64,000 nt of DNA, from positions 1-64,000 of the IMG/VR virus record IMGVR_UViG_2860819427_000001. One strand, given 5' to 3'. This document shows, piece after piece, positions 45,965 through 55,888 of the stretch. Source of the stretch: an uncultured virus (IMG/VR IMGVR_UViG_2860819427_000001) (Duplodnaviria > Heunggongvirae > Uroviricota > Caudoviricetes). Each line of letters opens with the position of its first letter. Position 1 is the first letter of the stretch. The notes beneath the pieces are model-generated. The model was not told the DNA's origin, searched no databases, and was given only the letters and a program-made list of their open reading frames with translations. The position numbers were made by a program, and so were the translations under genes.

Positions 45965-47719
45965 TTGGCGTATATTAACGGAAAATGGTTGGATCGTGGA
46001 GAGCGGCAGGAGCGTATCGACTTATTGATCGAGAGTGTGCGCCGATTAGCGGCCCTCATTAAAGCGAAAAAAGCCACCGATTACCATATCGATATGTTCC
46101 GGAAGAACAAGGCCGAATTAATTAAGCTGAAGCGCGTTCATCGTGCCGAAGTGGATATCGCATATTTCACCTACGAGTATTTGAGCGACGGCCTAAACCC
46201 GGAAAACGAGGATAACGTCGTAAGAAATTCAGATGACGGGACGCCTCACGACGGCATTGAAGATATTGCGAAGATCCACGAAGAGTTTTTTGAGCTTTGC
46301 GATTACGTCAACGAAGAGAAAAGGAACGCGCGGCTTGCAATCGCGGCTGCGCGGGGTCACTCGAAATCCGGTATGTTTTCGAACGCTTTGCCGTTACATC
46401 AGGCGGCTTATAGAAAGCGCAAATATATTCTCGTGATATCAGAGACGGATTCGCTCTCGAAAAAGCTTATCGGATGGGTTAACAAGCAGATGAAGTTTAA
46501 CGCTAAACTGCGGGAAGACTTCGGCCCTATGATGCACGAGTCGGCGAGCCGCAACGAAAAGGATAACGAAGAGGCGTTCATTACCACGACGAATATCCTT
46601 ATCGAGTCGTCCTCTTCCGGTAAGCAGCTTCGCGGTAAGCGGCATGGAGCAGTCCGGCCGGACCTCGTAATAATTGACGATCCATCATCGACAAACAACG
46701 AAGGAACCAAGGAAGCGCGGGAAAAGCTTGTTCACTGGTTTAACTCCGTCGTTGTTCCTATTGGGTCCAAGGCGACGGCAATCGTGTTAGTCGGGACGAT
46801 GGTTTCAGCGACCGGGCTTCTTAACCACGTTCTGAAGCGTAAGGATTTCAAGGCGAGCTTTCACGGAGCGATCATAAGCGAGCCAACACATCCGGAATTA
46901 TGGGACAAATACTGCGAGGTCTATGCGAGAGCAGAAACGATCGAAGAGGCTGACGAATTTTACGAAGCGCATAAAGAGGCGTTGGAGGACGGCGTCGAAC
47001 TGGCGTGGCCTTGGCGCTGGACCTACCGCGAGCTTATGCACGAAAAAGTAAACATGGGAACGCGCGCATACAATTCGGAATTCCGAAACTTGGCTTTCAG
47101 TGAAGACGAGCAGTTTTTCTTTCCGGATAACTACGCTTACTATCACTACTACCACGAGAACGGAACAGCATACGTCGTGTACAACGAATTGAAAATTCCG
47201 GTCAGCGATCTTCTGATTGTTGGCGCGTGGGATATCGCGCAGGGTAAGAATGCGCGGTCTTGCTATAACTCAGTTATTACGCTTGGTAAGCACGAGCCGA
47301 CCGGATACATTTTCGTACTTGATGAATACGCGTCGAAGGAGCCGGCGCACGTATACATTGACGTCATTATTCGGAAAATCAAACAATATCGGCATCGTTC
47401 CTTCAATGTCGAAACTATAAACGCGCAGCACGAATATTATCGTCAGCTTCAGGAGCGGGTCCGGCAGGAAGGTCTTTATACGTGTCGCGTGAACGATGTG
47501 AAATCGCATAAGTCTTCGAAAGACGAGCGTATTCAGTCGATGGAGCCGATGCTGCATAACAAAACGCTGATTCTGAACGATAGGCACACGATGCTTCTCG
47601 ATCAGATGGCGCAGTATCCTTTCGGCGATTACGTTGATTCACTCGACGCGCTTCAGCAGGCGCTCGAATCCGTATTCAGACCGAAAACAAGGTTGGTGAA
47701 TAAGCCGGGATGGCTATAA
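45965..47719 (+). CDS. terL: Terminase large subunit
   Basis: ARGHSKS, LRGKR, IIDDP, AWD, DSLDAL; TTG start after GGAGG. Confidence 0.92.
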   Translation: MAYINGKWLDRGERQERIDLLIESVRRLAALIKAKKATDYHIDMFRKNKAELIKLKRVHRAEVDIAYFTYEYLSDGLNPENEDNVVRNSDDGTPHDGIEDIAKIHEEFFELCDYVNEEKRNARLAIAAARGHSKSGMFSNALPLHQAAYRKRKYILVISETDSLSKKLIGWVNKQMKFNAKLREDFGPMMHESASRNEKDNEEAFITTTNILIESSSSGKQLRGKRHGAVRPDLVIIDDPSSTNNEGTKEAREKLVHWFNSVVVPIGSKATAIVLVGTMVSATGLLNHVLKRKDFKASFHGAIISEPTHPELWDKYCEVYARAETIEEADEFYEAHKEALEDGVELAWPWRWTYRELMHEKVNMGTRAYNSEFRNLAFSEDEQFFFPDNYAYYHYYHENGTAYVVYNELKIPVSDLLIVGAWDIAQGKNARSCYNSVITLGKHEPTGYIFVLDEYASKEPAHVYIDVIIRKIKQYRHRSFNVETINAQHEYYRQLQERVRQEGLYTCRVNDVKSHKSSKDERIQSMEPMLHNKTLILNDRHTMLLDQMAQYPFGDYVDSLDALQQALESVFRPKTRLVNKPGWL

Positions 47720-47735
47720 GAAAGGAGGCGATAAA

Positions 47736-48167
47736 ATGTCGCGGATGAAAGAGCTAGAAGCAAAACTAACGCTTCAGCAACGCAAGGCAGCGCAAGTCGT
47801 TGCGAGTAATGAAGTCACGCCCGAAGACGGGAACAAACGAAGTCAGGACGCATTGGCCGAAGAAATCGGTGTAAGTCGTATGACGCTCTATCGATGGCGG
47901 TTTCAAAATCCGATATTCATCGAATACATGAATCTATTAGCGGACGACATGCTTTCCGGGCACCGGTCCGAAGTATACGGGCAACTCCTAAAGCTGATAA
48001 AAGGACCGCAGCCTTCAGTTAAAGCTATCGACTTGTTCATGCGTCGCCACGGCTTACTGACCGATCGTCAGATAACGACCAATGAAGCAGACGGAGGCGC
48101 CCGCAGTAACGAAGATATCGAGAAGGAACTCGAAGAACTGGCTGACATTATCGGAGAGGAGGAATAG
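47736..48167 (+). CDS. phBC6A51-type HTH protein, probable terminase small subunit
   Basis: LAEEIGVSRMTLYRW; position between terL and portal. Confidence 0.65.
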   Translation: MSRMKELEAKLTLQQRKAAQVVASNEVTPEDGNKRSQDALAEEIGVSRMTLYRWRFQNPIFIEYMNLLADDMLSGHRSEVYGQLLKLIKGPQPSVKAIDLFMRRHGLLTDRQITTNEADGGARSNEDIEKELEELADIIGEEE

Positions 48168-48169
48168 CG

Positions 48170-49801
48170 TTGGGGTTTTTCAATTTACTAAAGAAACACG
48201 ACCAGCCTTCGGATGAGTACACGGTTAGAAAGACGTACAGCATCATTCGGGAAGGCGCGCAATTTCCTCCGGACGATTCAATCAAGAGGTTGGCGAAATA
48301 TAAACGTATGCGTAAGCTCTTCGAAGGAAATCACCGAGACGTATACGAAAGGGCTACGGACATTTTAAAAGATTCGCCACAAGCGAAACAGCTCGAAAAG
48401 CTCTACATCGCTATCAATCTCGCGGATATTTTGGTAACGAAGCCTGCGGATCTGTTGGTAGGAGAACCGGTTCACTTTGAGAGCGGACTGGACGACACTA
48501 GCGGAGAGCAAAAGGCGCTCAACCGATATGTAGAAGAAAACGATCTCAATCAACTGCTGCACGAGAGCGCCATGTCGAACGGATATCGCGGTGACGCGTG
48601 GATTAAGGTTCGATTTGGCTACCGCCAAGACTATTCCGAACTTATCGCGAGGGGCTTAGAGATTCCAGAAGATGCGAAAATGGAGTCCGTTGTTGAGCAT
48701 GTTAATGCGAATTGCGTTTTCCCTGAGTTTTCAGCCGGGAACGTTAAGCAGATCAAAGCGGTCAATATAGCCCAAGTCGAATGGGTAGAGACGGAGCAGA
48801 CGGAAATTCCTTTCCTAAACGTAGAGCGCCATATACCGGGACACATCTTCTATACGCGCTACAGACTATATCAGAATGGCGTCGATGTTTCAGGTGGCGC
48901 CCCAATCAGCGTTTTCAATATAGGCGAAGAGGTGCCGACGGGCCGCGAAGAAGATCACGAAGAGACGTTCCTTCCGCATATTCCGGTTTTTCACATTCCG
49001 TACAAGTCAATCGATGATAGCTATTTCGGTATTGGCGGATTGGAGAAGATCGAAACGACGCTCGCGGCAATTAACGATCGTCTGGTGCAGATCGATTACA
49101 TCCTATGGAAGCATAGCGACCCGACTGCGTATGGACCGGACTTAGAAGGGTCCGGGGATTCGGTTCAGTTTGGCGGCAAGTACATTCCGGTTACAAAAGA
49201 CGATACGACTCCGGGCTATATGGTTTGGCAGGCGCAGCTTGACGCAGCGTTCAAAGAGCTTGACGTCCTATTCAGTAATGTCTTTCAAATGGCCGAGACG
49301 CCGCAGTGGTTATTCGGCACGACGATTTCCGGAGATAATTCAGGCGGCACAGGCACGTCTCACACAGACGGCGCGGCGATCAAAGCTCGCTTCATGCCGA
49401 TTCTTTCGAAGGTAAAGCGGATACGAGCGCACTATGACAGGGCGGTAAGAGACGCCCTTTGGACGTGTATGCTGCTCGAAAAAGCAGTCGGGATCATCGA
49501 TGTTGAAAAAGCGGTTTATCCGCGGGCTATTTGGAGCGACGGACTTCCGAAGAATGAAAAAGAGCTCGCCGAAATTATGCAAATCCGTACAGGTGGCAAG
49601 CCTACGATTGACGTTCGCGGAGCCATTAAGCAGCAGGACGACGTGGACGACGAAAAAGCTGACGAAATCATTCGCCGCATTGAAGAAGACGAAAAAACGA
49701 CAAGTGGCTTTGTTGACGGATCAATTTTTAATAAGGAAGAGCCGGAAAAGAGCCCTTCAGACGAGGATAAAGAGGAAATCGCAGAGGAGGACGATAGTTA
49801 A
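48170..49801 (+). CDS. Portal protein (SPP1 gp6-like)
   Basis: Size, synteny, acidic C-terminus. Confidence 0.85.
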   Translation: MGFFNLLKKHDQPSDEYTVRKTYSIIREGAQFPPDDSIKRLAKYKRMRKLFEGNHRDVYERATDILKDSPQAKQLEKLYIAINLADILVTKPADLLVGEPVHFESGLDDTSGEQKALNRYVEENDLNQLLHESAMSNGYRGDAWIKVRFGYRQDYSELIARGLEIPEDAKMESVVEHVNANCVFPEFSAGNVKQIKAVNIAQVEWVETEQTEIPFLNVERHIPGHIFYTRYRLYQNGVDVSGGAPISVFNIGEEVPTGREEDHEETFLPHIPVFHIPYKSIDDSYFGIGGLEKIETTLAAINDRLVQIDYILWKHSDPTAYGPDLEGSGDSVQFGGKYIPVTKDDTTPGYMVWQAQLDAAFKELDVLFSNVFQMAETPQWLFGTTISGDNSGGTGTSHTDGAAIKARFMPILSKVKRIRAHYDRAVRDALWTCMLLEKAVGIIDVEKAVYPRAIWSDGLPKNEKELAEIMQIRTGGKPTIDVRGAIKQQDDVDDEKADEIIRRIEEDEKTTSGFVDGSIFNKEEPEKSPSDEDKEEIAEEDDS

Positions 49802-50625
49802 TGTCTCGCTCTCCTGAGCCTCAATACGATTATCAGACGAATCGACTTGCCGGGTATTATCAGGAAGCGGTACGAGACATCTTGGCGGAGCTTGATCGGA
49901 TTGACCTCGATAATTTTCGAAAGGCTAACGCGTTGGCGACTTTGAAATCTATTAGCGAGATACTCAGTGATTTAGACGAAAAATCTTCCGCATGGGTCAA
50001 AAAGAATGTTCCGAAGGCGGCCACCGATGGTATTGCACGGGCACTGGTCGCGCTTGACGTAGCAAAGACGATATCTGACGCAGAAAAGATCGTTTCTTTT
50101 AACGAGGTAAACGAGTACATGGTTGCGGCTGCTGTAGCGGATACGCAGTCGGATTTACTAGCGATTACGCAAAACGTCGATAGGAAGACGCGGGCCGCCG
50201 TGAGGAAAGCCGTGTCGGATTCGATGCGCCTTAATATGACCAAAGGGACGAACGGACGGCGCAGCATAACGGATCTGGTACGCAAGTCTCTTCGAGCTTC
50301 GGTGAGTACCGGCATTATTGATGCGAGGGGAAATCGATGGAAGCCGGAAGTGTATGCGGATATGGTCGTCCGCACAAAGATGATGGAAACCTATCGGGAA
50401 GCTCATACGAATGAGGCGGTAAGCCGCGGAGCTTATTATGCGCAAATTTCGTCTCACGGGGCGAAGGATCTATGCCGTCTCCACGAAGGACAAATCATTA
50501 AGCTGACTGACGACGCTCCCGGCAATTATCCGACATATGACGAACTCAAAGCGACCGGGGAGATATTTCACCCACGTTGTAAGCACGTAATTTCTACAAT
50601 AAGAAACCCATCAAGCGCCGTGTAG
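49801..50625 (+). CDS. Minor capsid / head morphogenesis protein
   Basis: IDARGNRW, FHPRCKH. Confidence 0.85.
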   Translation: MSRSPEPQYDYQTNRLAGYYQEAVRDILAELDRIDLDNFRKANALATLKSISEILSDLDEKSSAWVKKNVPKAATDGIARALVALDVAKTISDAEKIVSFNEVNEYMVAAAVADTQSDLLAITQNVDRKTRAAVRKAVSDSMRLNMTKGTNGRRSITDLVRKSLRASVSTGIIDARGNRWKPEVYADMVVRTKMMETYREAHTNEAVSRGAYYAQISSHGAKDLCRLHEGQIIKLTDDAPGNYPTYDELKATGEIFHPRCKHVISTIRNPSSAV

Positions 50626-50715
50626 CGCTTTTTTATTTTGTCCGAACGTTATGACGTTAAAAGAAACGGCTGCATCACTCAATAGCCGACGGGCTTTAAG
50701 CGGTGGAGGGACTGT

Positions 50716-51387
50716 ATGAGCGAAGAACTTAAAGAAACACAAACAAGCGAGGTTACCGAACAAACTACGGCTGAGGTGCCGGAAAATAAACCTGAAGCGC
50801 AGACGGTGACTATGACGCAAGAGGAATTTAACGCTGTAATTGCTCGCGAAAAGGGGCGCGTTAAGAACAAGTACGCTGACTATGACGAAGTGAAGGCGAA
50901 ACTTAGCGATTACGAAAAAGCCCAGAAAGAGCGAGAAGAGGCGGAAATGACCGAGCTGGAAAAGCTTACGAAACAGCTCGACGAAAAGGCCGAAGCTGAA
51001 GCCGCCTTCGTAAAGCAGATCGAAGATTTAAAAGCGGCTGCTGAACAGGAAAAAGTGGCGAACGAATTTATCAAGGTTGCTACGAGCAACGGCATCGCCT
51101 ACATTGACGACGCTTTACGTCTGGCTGACCTATCCGCGGTAAAGGTTGAGGACGGAAAAGTAATCGGCATGGAGGACGTTGTAAAGGGGCTCGTTGACAA
51201 TAAACCATACTTGGTTGCGAAACAGCAAACGCTGAAGCCGATCGGCCAACCTTCTAATAGTGGAGGAGAGACGGACGGAGGCGAAATCAAGACGTTAGAA
51301 GCGCAGCTAAGCGAAGCGAAGAAAGAAAAGAATTTTTCGAAGGTTATCGAGCTTTCAAACAAATTGAAATCACTTTTGAAGAAGTAG
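50716..51387 (+). CDS. Capsid scaffold protein
   Basis: Acidic coiled coil, KPYL motif, upstream of the major capsid gene. Confidence 0.85.
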   Translation: MSEELKETQTSEVTEQTTAEVPENKPEAQTVTMTQEEFNAVIAREKGRVKNKYADYDEVKAKLSDYEKAQKEREEAEMTELEKLTKQLDEKAEAEAAFVKQIEDLKAAAEQEKVANEFIKVATSNGIAYIDDALRLADLSAVKVEDGKVIGMEDVVKGLVDNKPYLVAKQQTLKPIGQPSNSGGETDGGEIKTLEAQLSEAKKEKNFSKVIELSNKLKSLLKK

Positions 51388-51398
51388 GGGGAAAATAA

Positions 51399-52502
51399 AT
51401 GTTAACTAGTTACGATTTTAAAGATCAGGTACGACAGCTTGACGCAGGGATTGACCTTATTATTCAGGATGAACCGACTTTACTCGGTCTAATCGGCTTA
51501 AACGGAGAGGCGCTCTATCAGACTAAATTCGAGTGGATGTCTGACCGACTGAACTCAAACCTCGCGACTGTTAAATCGGTAGCGGAAGACGGAAAAATTA
51601 CTGTGGCGGAAGATGACGGAGAGAAGTTTCGTAAAGATGCCATCATTGTTTTTGGCGAAGAGTATCTGAAAGTCACAAACGTGTCTGGCGATGTACTGAC
51701 TGTTGTTCGCGGATTTGACGGAACAGTTCAAGAGGAAATCAAAGCCGGTTCTGAGCTGCGTATTGTTTCCCGTCCGCAAAATGAAGGTGCGGGTGTCGGT
51801 ATCGATGAGGGTCATGACCGTTATGTAGATTACAACTTCACGCAAATCATTGAAAGATACGCTGCCGTCTCGAATACTCAACAAGCAGTCCGTACACATA
51901 ACGTATCGAACGAGCTTGATTATCAAGTACAATTACGTCTTAAAGAGATGGCGCGTGAATTTAACGACTGGTTGATCTACGGCCGTAGAATTGACGGCAA
52001 GCCTCGTATGACTGGCGGCTTACTGAACTTTGCGAACTTGAAAGGCGCTGCTAAGGCTAACCTAAAAGGAGCAGAGGTTCAAGCGAAAGATATTAATGCG
52101 TTAATGGAAAAAGTGTATCAGCGCGGCGGGTCAGCAAATACAATCCTTACAAATACCGCGGGTGCTCGTCAGATCTCTAAAATGGCGACGGATACTATTC
52201 GAACAGAAAGAACGGACGCTGCTACAGGCCACCGCGTAAGTACCTTCGTTTCTGATATGGTAGGTGGCGGAGTTGCGACTGTAGTTGTGGACCCGAACTT
52301 CCCTAAAGACAAAATCGCACTCTTCGACCGTAGTATTCTTTCTCTACATCCGCTGAACGGCCGTTCCGTCTACGATACTGATGCTAGCGTAAATGGTGCC
52401 GACTTTGTTGCGCGTCAGATCCGTGGTGAATACGGAATCAAGGTCAAAAACGCAAACGAAAAAATCGCTATCCTCGAAAATATCTCGACAACTGTATCTT
52501 AA
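51399..52502 (+). CDS. Major capsid protein (DUF5309/SU10-like)
   Basis: FEWMSD, NFTQI, GEYG; synteny; followed by a terminator. Confidence 0.85.
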   Translation: MLTSYDFKDQVRQLDAGIDLIIQDEPTLLGLIGLNGEALYQTKFEWMSDRLNSNLATVKSVAEDGKITVAEDDGEKFRKDAIIVFGEEYLKVTNVSGDVLTVVRGFDGTVQEEIKAGSELRIVSRPQNEGAGVGIDEGHDRYVDYNFTQIIERYAAVSNTQQAVRTHNVSNELDYQVQLRLKEMAREFNDWLIYGRRIDGKPRMTGGLLNFANLKGAAKANLKGAEVQAKDINALMEKVYQRGGSANTILTNTAGARQISKMATDTIRTERTDAATGHRVSTFVSDMVGGGVATVVVDPNFPKDKIALFDRSILSLHPLNGRSVYDTDASVNGADFVARQIRGEYGIKVKNANEKIAILENISTTVS

Positions 52503-52510
52503 TGGCAATC

Positions 52511-52534
52511 GACGGGCTTCGGCCCGTCTTTTTA
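52511..52534 (+). terminator. Terminator after the capsid gene
   Basis: GACGGGC-TTCG-GCCCGTC followed by a T run. Confidence 0.88.
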
Positions 52535-52553
52535 ATTTGAAAGGAGGCCAACA

Positions 52554-52790
52554 ATGGCAATTACAGATGACCAGAAACGGAGATTAAATGAATCTATGCC
52601 GGTCGCCAACGATCTAAAGCTCGGTGACATCATTCAGGAATTACAAGAAAGCGGTGGGACTGCCGGCCCTAAAGGCGATCCCGGTCCGAAAGGCGACCCC
52701 GGGCCAAAAGGAGCGGACGGATTCGGAACCAAAGCGCAGTATGACGACATCATCGCGCGGCTTAAAGCGTTAGAGGGAGCTGGCTCGTAA
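52554..52790 (+). CDS. Small collagen-repeat virion protein
   Basis: GPKGDPGPKGDPGPKG. Confidence 0.75.
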   Translation: MAITDDQKRRLNESMPVANDLKLGDIIQELQESGGTAGPKGDPGPKGDPGPKGADGFGTKAQYDDIIARLKALEGAGS

Positions 52791-52792
52791 TA

Positions 52793-53011
52793 ATGGCCGT
52801 CTATAAGGCTTCTCCGTTTTATTCCGTAGGCACTGACCAGACGATCGTTTTCGACCACAAAGGCGTTTATGAAACCGATGTGCAGGCCGAAATCAAGCAG
52901 TTGAATGCATTATGTCCGCGATGGATTAGCTGTATTGCGTCAGACGATGAGACGGAAAAGGCGGAGGCAAAGGCGCCGAAAAAGCCTGCACGTAAGTCCT
53001 CCGGAAAATAA
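52793..53011 (+). CDS. Small head-associated protein
   Basis: Synteny; basic tail. Confidence 0.6.
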   Translation: MAVYKASPFYSVGTDQTIVFDHKGVYETDVQAEIKQLNALCPRWISCIASDDETEKAEAKAPKKPARKSSGK

Positions 53012-53025
53012 GGAGGGTTGCGTGC

Positions 53026-53412
53026 ATGGCTTTAAGCGTAGAAGCTGCAAACGAATATATTAACCGAATGACAATCGATAACGAGGATTGGAACGACTAT
53101 GACAACGCGAAGCAGCAGCGGGTACTAAACGTAGCCGAGGACGTCTTGGCTCGAAAATTTCGTAAGTACGTCATTCCTGACGACGCAGTTTACGAGTTTA
53201 CGAATGTGCTTGCAACTGCCTATAACGATACGAACCGCCTGAATAAGCACGGCATCGCGTCTTACTCAATCACCGGCGTCGGGTCGTTTACGTATAAGGA
53301 AACGCTTCGAGCTGACGATGAGTCTCTCATACCGAAAAAGACGATCGACCTGATCGAAGAAGCAAACGACGTGAAACTTAGCGGTCGGACCGTAAAAGCG
53401 ACGGTGATGTAA
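53026..53412 (+). CDS. Head-tail adaptor
   Basis: Synteny; GIASYSI motif. Confidence 0.65.
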   Translation: MALSVEAANEYINRMTIDNEDWNDYDNAKQQRVLNVAEDVLARKFRKYVIPDDAVYEFTNVLATAYNDTNRLNKHGIASYSITGVGSFTYKETLRADDESLIPKKTIDLIEEANDVKLSGRTVKATVM

Positions 53413-53748
53413 TTGGCGATCATACCGATGCGTCAGACCGTAACCGTTACTCGTGCTTCAGATGATATAGACGTGTGGGGAAACCCCGTGGACGTCGAGC
53501 CGTTCGAAATTAAGTGCCGAATCGACGAAGGATCTACTATTGCGAATTCACGTTCTTCCGGTGTTGTGAAGAGCGAGGAAGTCGTGGCTACGGCGCGCAT
53601 CTTAGTCGATAAATTAGCCGACATCAGGTATACGGATACACTCGCATTCACGAACGAGTTGGGCGAAACCATTGAGCGTAAGCCGAAGGAAATAAACGTG
53701 AAGCGGCATGTCAGCGGTAAGCCGATTCTGACCGAGGTAATCGTATGA
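53413..53748 (+). CDS. Head closure protein
   Basis: Synteny; DVWGNP. Confidence 0.65.
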   Translation: MAIIPMRQTVTVTRASDDIDVWGNPVDVEPFEIKCRIDEGSTIANSRSSGVVKSEEVVATARILVDKLADIRYTDTLAFTNELGETIERKPKEINVKRHVSGKPILTEVIV

Positions 53749-54152
53749 GTTTTACGTTGGATGCTGGCAATTTTCTATCGTTGTTGGATAACCGAGAGGC
53801 AGCCGTTGAGCAGGCAGCAAAGACAGCGATGCATGATAACACGGATGACCTCGCTAGACTTGCGCAAAATATCGCCCCGATTGATAAAGCCACGCTCCGT
53901 CGCGGCATGAAAAAGAAGGTTACGTTAAAGCGTGATAGTCTGATCGGTGAAGTATCGTTCCGGGCCGTTGATAAAGGCTTTAACTATGCGCTATGGACGC
54001 ACGAAGCGGATTACAACCTCGGACCAGTTTCGGCAGGTGCAGGAGGCATTAACGGCTATCCGGTCGGTAACAAATATCTGGAACGTCCACTGAAAGGTGA
54101 ATCGCAGAAATATATTAATCACGTAGCAGACGCGGTGAGAAGGGAGTTGTGA
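53745..54152 (+). CDS. HK97 gp10-like neck protein
   Basis: APIDKATLR, YALWTHE, KYLERP. Confidence 0.75.
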   Translation: MSFTLDAGNFLSLLDNREAAVEQAAKTAMHDNTDDLARLAQNIAPIDKATLRRGMKKKVTLKRDSLIGEVSFRAVDKGFNYALWTHEADYNLGPVSAGAGGINGYPVGNKYLERPLKGESQKYINHVADAVRREL

Positions 54153-54158
54153 TAATCG

Positions 54159-54548
54159 TTGAAGATAACCGAATTAATCTCGTTCATACAATCGCGGGTT
54201 GACGGCGTTTATTACGCAAACGGATTCCCGCGGAATGCTGCAGACGAATGTACTTATGTGCGATTTACAGGCGGATTTCCTCCGTCTCAATGGACCGGAA
54301 AGAGTCAGCCGTCGTTTCAAATAATCGTACGAGGAAAGGCAAGGGGCGACGCGGATTGCGAAGAGAAAGCGTATCAGCTTCAGGAAGCGTTAACGAATCT
54401 CCGTGAAGTGTTTATCGGTAATAGCTCAATCGTTGTTATCCGCGCGGCCAATTCGGTGCCGTTATTTATCGGATACGACGACAATGATCGTCCCCAATAC
54501 TCGTTAAATTTCGATTGTGTAGTGCGCCCCGACCGGGCGCTTTTTTAA
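54159..54548 (+). CDS. Tail terminator / completion protein
   Basis: PSFQIIVRG, IGYDDNDR. Confidence 0.7.
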   Translation: MKITELISFIQSRVDGVYYANGFPRNAADECTYVRFTGGFPPSQWTGKSQPSFQIIVRGKARGDADCEEKAYQLQEALTNLREVFIGNSSIVVIRAANSVPLFIGYDDNDRPQYSLNFDCVVRPDRALF

Positions 54549-54572
54549 TGTAAAAATAAAGGAGGAAAACGG

Positions 54573-55127
54573 ATGGCTGGAATTAAAACGATTCAAGTTC
54601 CTATCGGCCCCGCAATTGTCGAATACGGCGAGGGTAAGGATATGGTGACGTTTGACATCACGAAGGGCGGCATCGTTTTTAAGGCGCAGATGTCTAAGCA
54701 GGATACAACGGTCGACCAATACGGTGACTCGATCGTAGGCTCACGGACAAAGGGTGGAACTTGCGAATGTACCGTACCGTTTGCGATCTATGATTTAGAA
54801 AAGATTCATAAGGCGGTGCCAAACAGTAAGTACGTGTCTGACGGAGACAAAAAGAAGCTAGTAGTCAGCGGCAAAGCCGGATATGACTTACTGAAGGATG
54901 CGAAGCCTTTACGAATTAAGCCGACAGATCCGGAAGCGACGGCCAACGATTGGCTCACGATTCCATTAGCTGGTGCGTCGACTGACATCGAATATACGTA
55001 TGATTCCGATAATGAGAGGATCGCTAACCTAACGTTTACCGGTTATCCGGACACGATGGGAGACGGCGATCTTTTTATTATGGGCGACGAAACGGCCGGG
55101 ACCTCTTCCGGAACCGGTAGCGAATAA
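54573..55127 (+). CDS. Major tail tube protein
   Basis: Size and synteny; followed by a terminator. Confidence 0.75.
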   Translation: MAGIKTIQVPIGPAIVEYGEGKDMVTFDITKGGIVFKAQMSKQDTTVDQYGDSIVGSRTKGGTCECTVPFAIYDLEKIHKAVPNSKYVSDGDKKKLVVSGKAGYDLLKDAKPLRIKPTDPEATANDWLTIPLAGASTDIEYTYDSDNERIANLTFTGYPDTMGDGDLFIMGDETAGTSSGTGSE

Positions 55128-55184
55128 CAAACGAAAGGCATCGTCGAGGGGCGGTGTCTTTTTAATTAACGAAAGGAGAGTCGC

Positions 55185-55556
55185 ATGAACATTTTCAAAA
55201 AGAAACAGGAGGCAGATTCGATCCAGCTCGGTAAGTATCCGGTCGAGGTCGCGAAGCTCACTCCGGCCAAGTGGAAACAGCTTTTCGCAGCGCTCGATAA
55301 AATTCCGTTTCTCGTTCTGGAGGTCTTCAGCGCGCCTAAAACGGATTTCTACTCGTATTTAGTGAGCGCGGTTGAGGTCGGCATGGATGAGATCGTCGAG
55401 ATTACGGCATTATTGAGCGGCGTAGATGCCGAGTACATCCGTGAAGAAGTCGGTACGGACGAAATTATCGAGTACATCACGCTCACTGTCAAAAGGAACC
55501 GTCTTGACTCGCAAGCAAAAAACGTGAAGAGCCTTCTTCCGAAACTCGAAAAGTAG
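55185..55556 (+). CDS. Tail assembly chaperone (G)
   Basis: Synteny; slippery A AAA AAC at 55517. Confidence 0.75.
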   Translation: MNIFKKKQEADSIQLGKYPVEVAKLTPAKWKQLFAALDKIPFLVLEVFSAPKTDFYSYLVSAVEVGMDEIVEITALLSGVDAEYIREEVGTDEIIEYITLTVKRNRLDSQAKNVKSLLPKLEK

Positions 55557-55888
55557 ACGAAGAGGGCGATCCGTATACGATTGACGACTATCTAATCGAA
55601 GCGGCTATCAGTTTGGGCGTCACGCAGCATCAGATAGAAAACGAGTTTTATATGGTGGATATACCGAAATTTGTGCGCGCCAAGACGAAACAAGGCGCGG
55701 TAAGGCGGATAGAAGACATTCGCGTACTTCTTGCGACGAATAGTCGGGCAAGTGAGGACGATGAGTATAAACAGCTCATGAATTCGTTAATTCGGGCGGC
55801 AGGACTTCGGCCTGAAGTGAAATTCGACCGTGAGAAATTCGAACAATTACGGGCTTTACAGGGGAATTTTCGGAAAGGAGGTAAATAG
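55517..55888 (+). CDS. Tail chaperone -1 frameshift extension (T)
   Basis: The -1 frame is open from the slippery site to 55888. Confidence 0.7.
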   Translation, partial: KKREEPSSETRKVDEEGDPYTIDDYLIEAAISLGVTQHQIENEFYMVDIPKFVRAKTKQGAVRRIEDIRVLLATNSRASEDDEYKQLMNSLIRAAGLRPEVKFDREKFEQLRALQGNFRKGGK

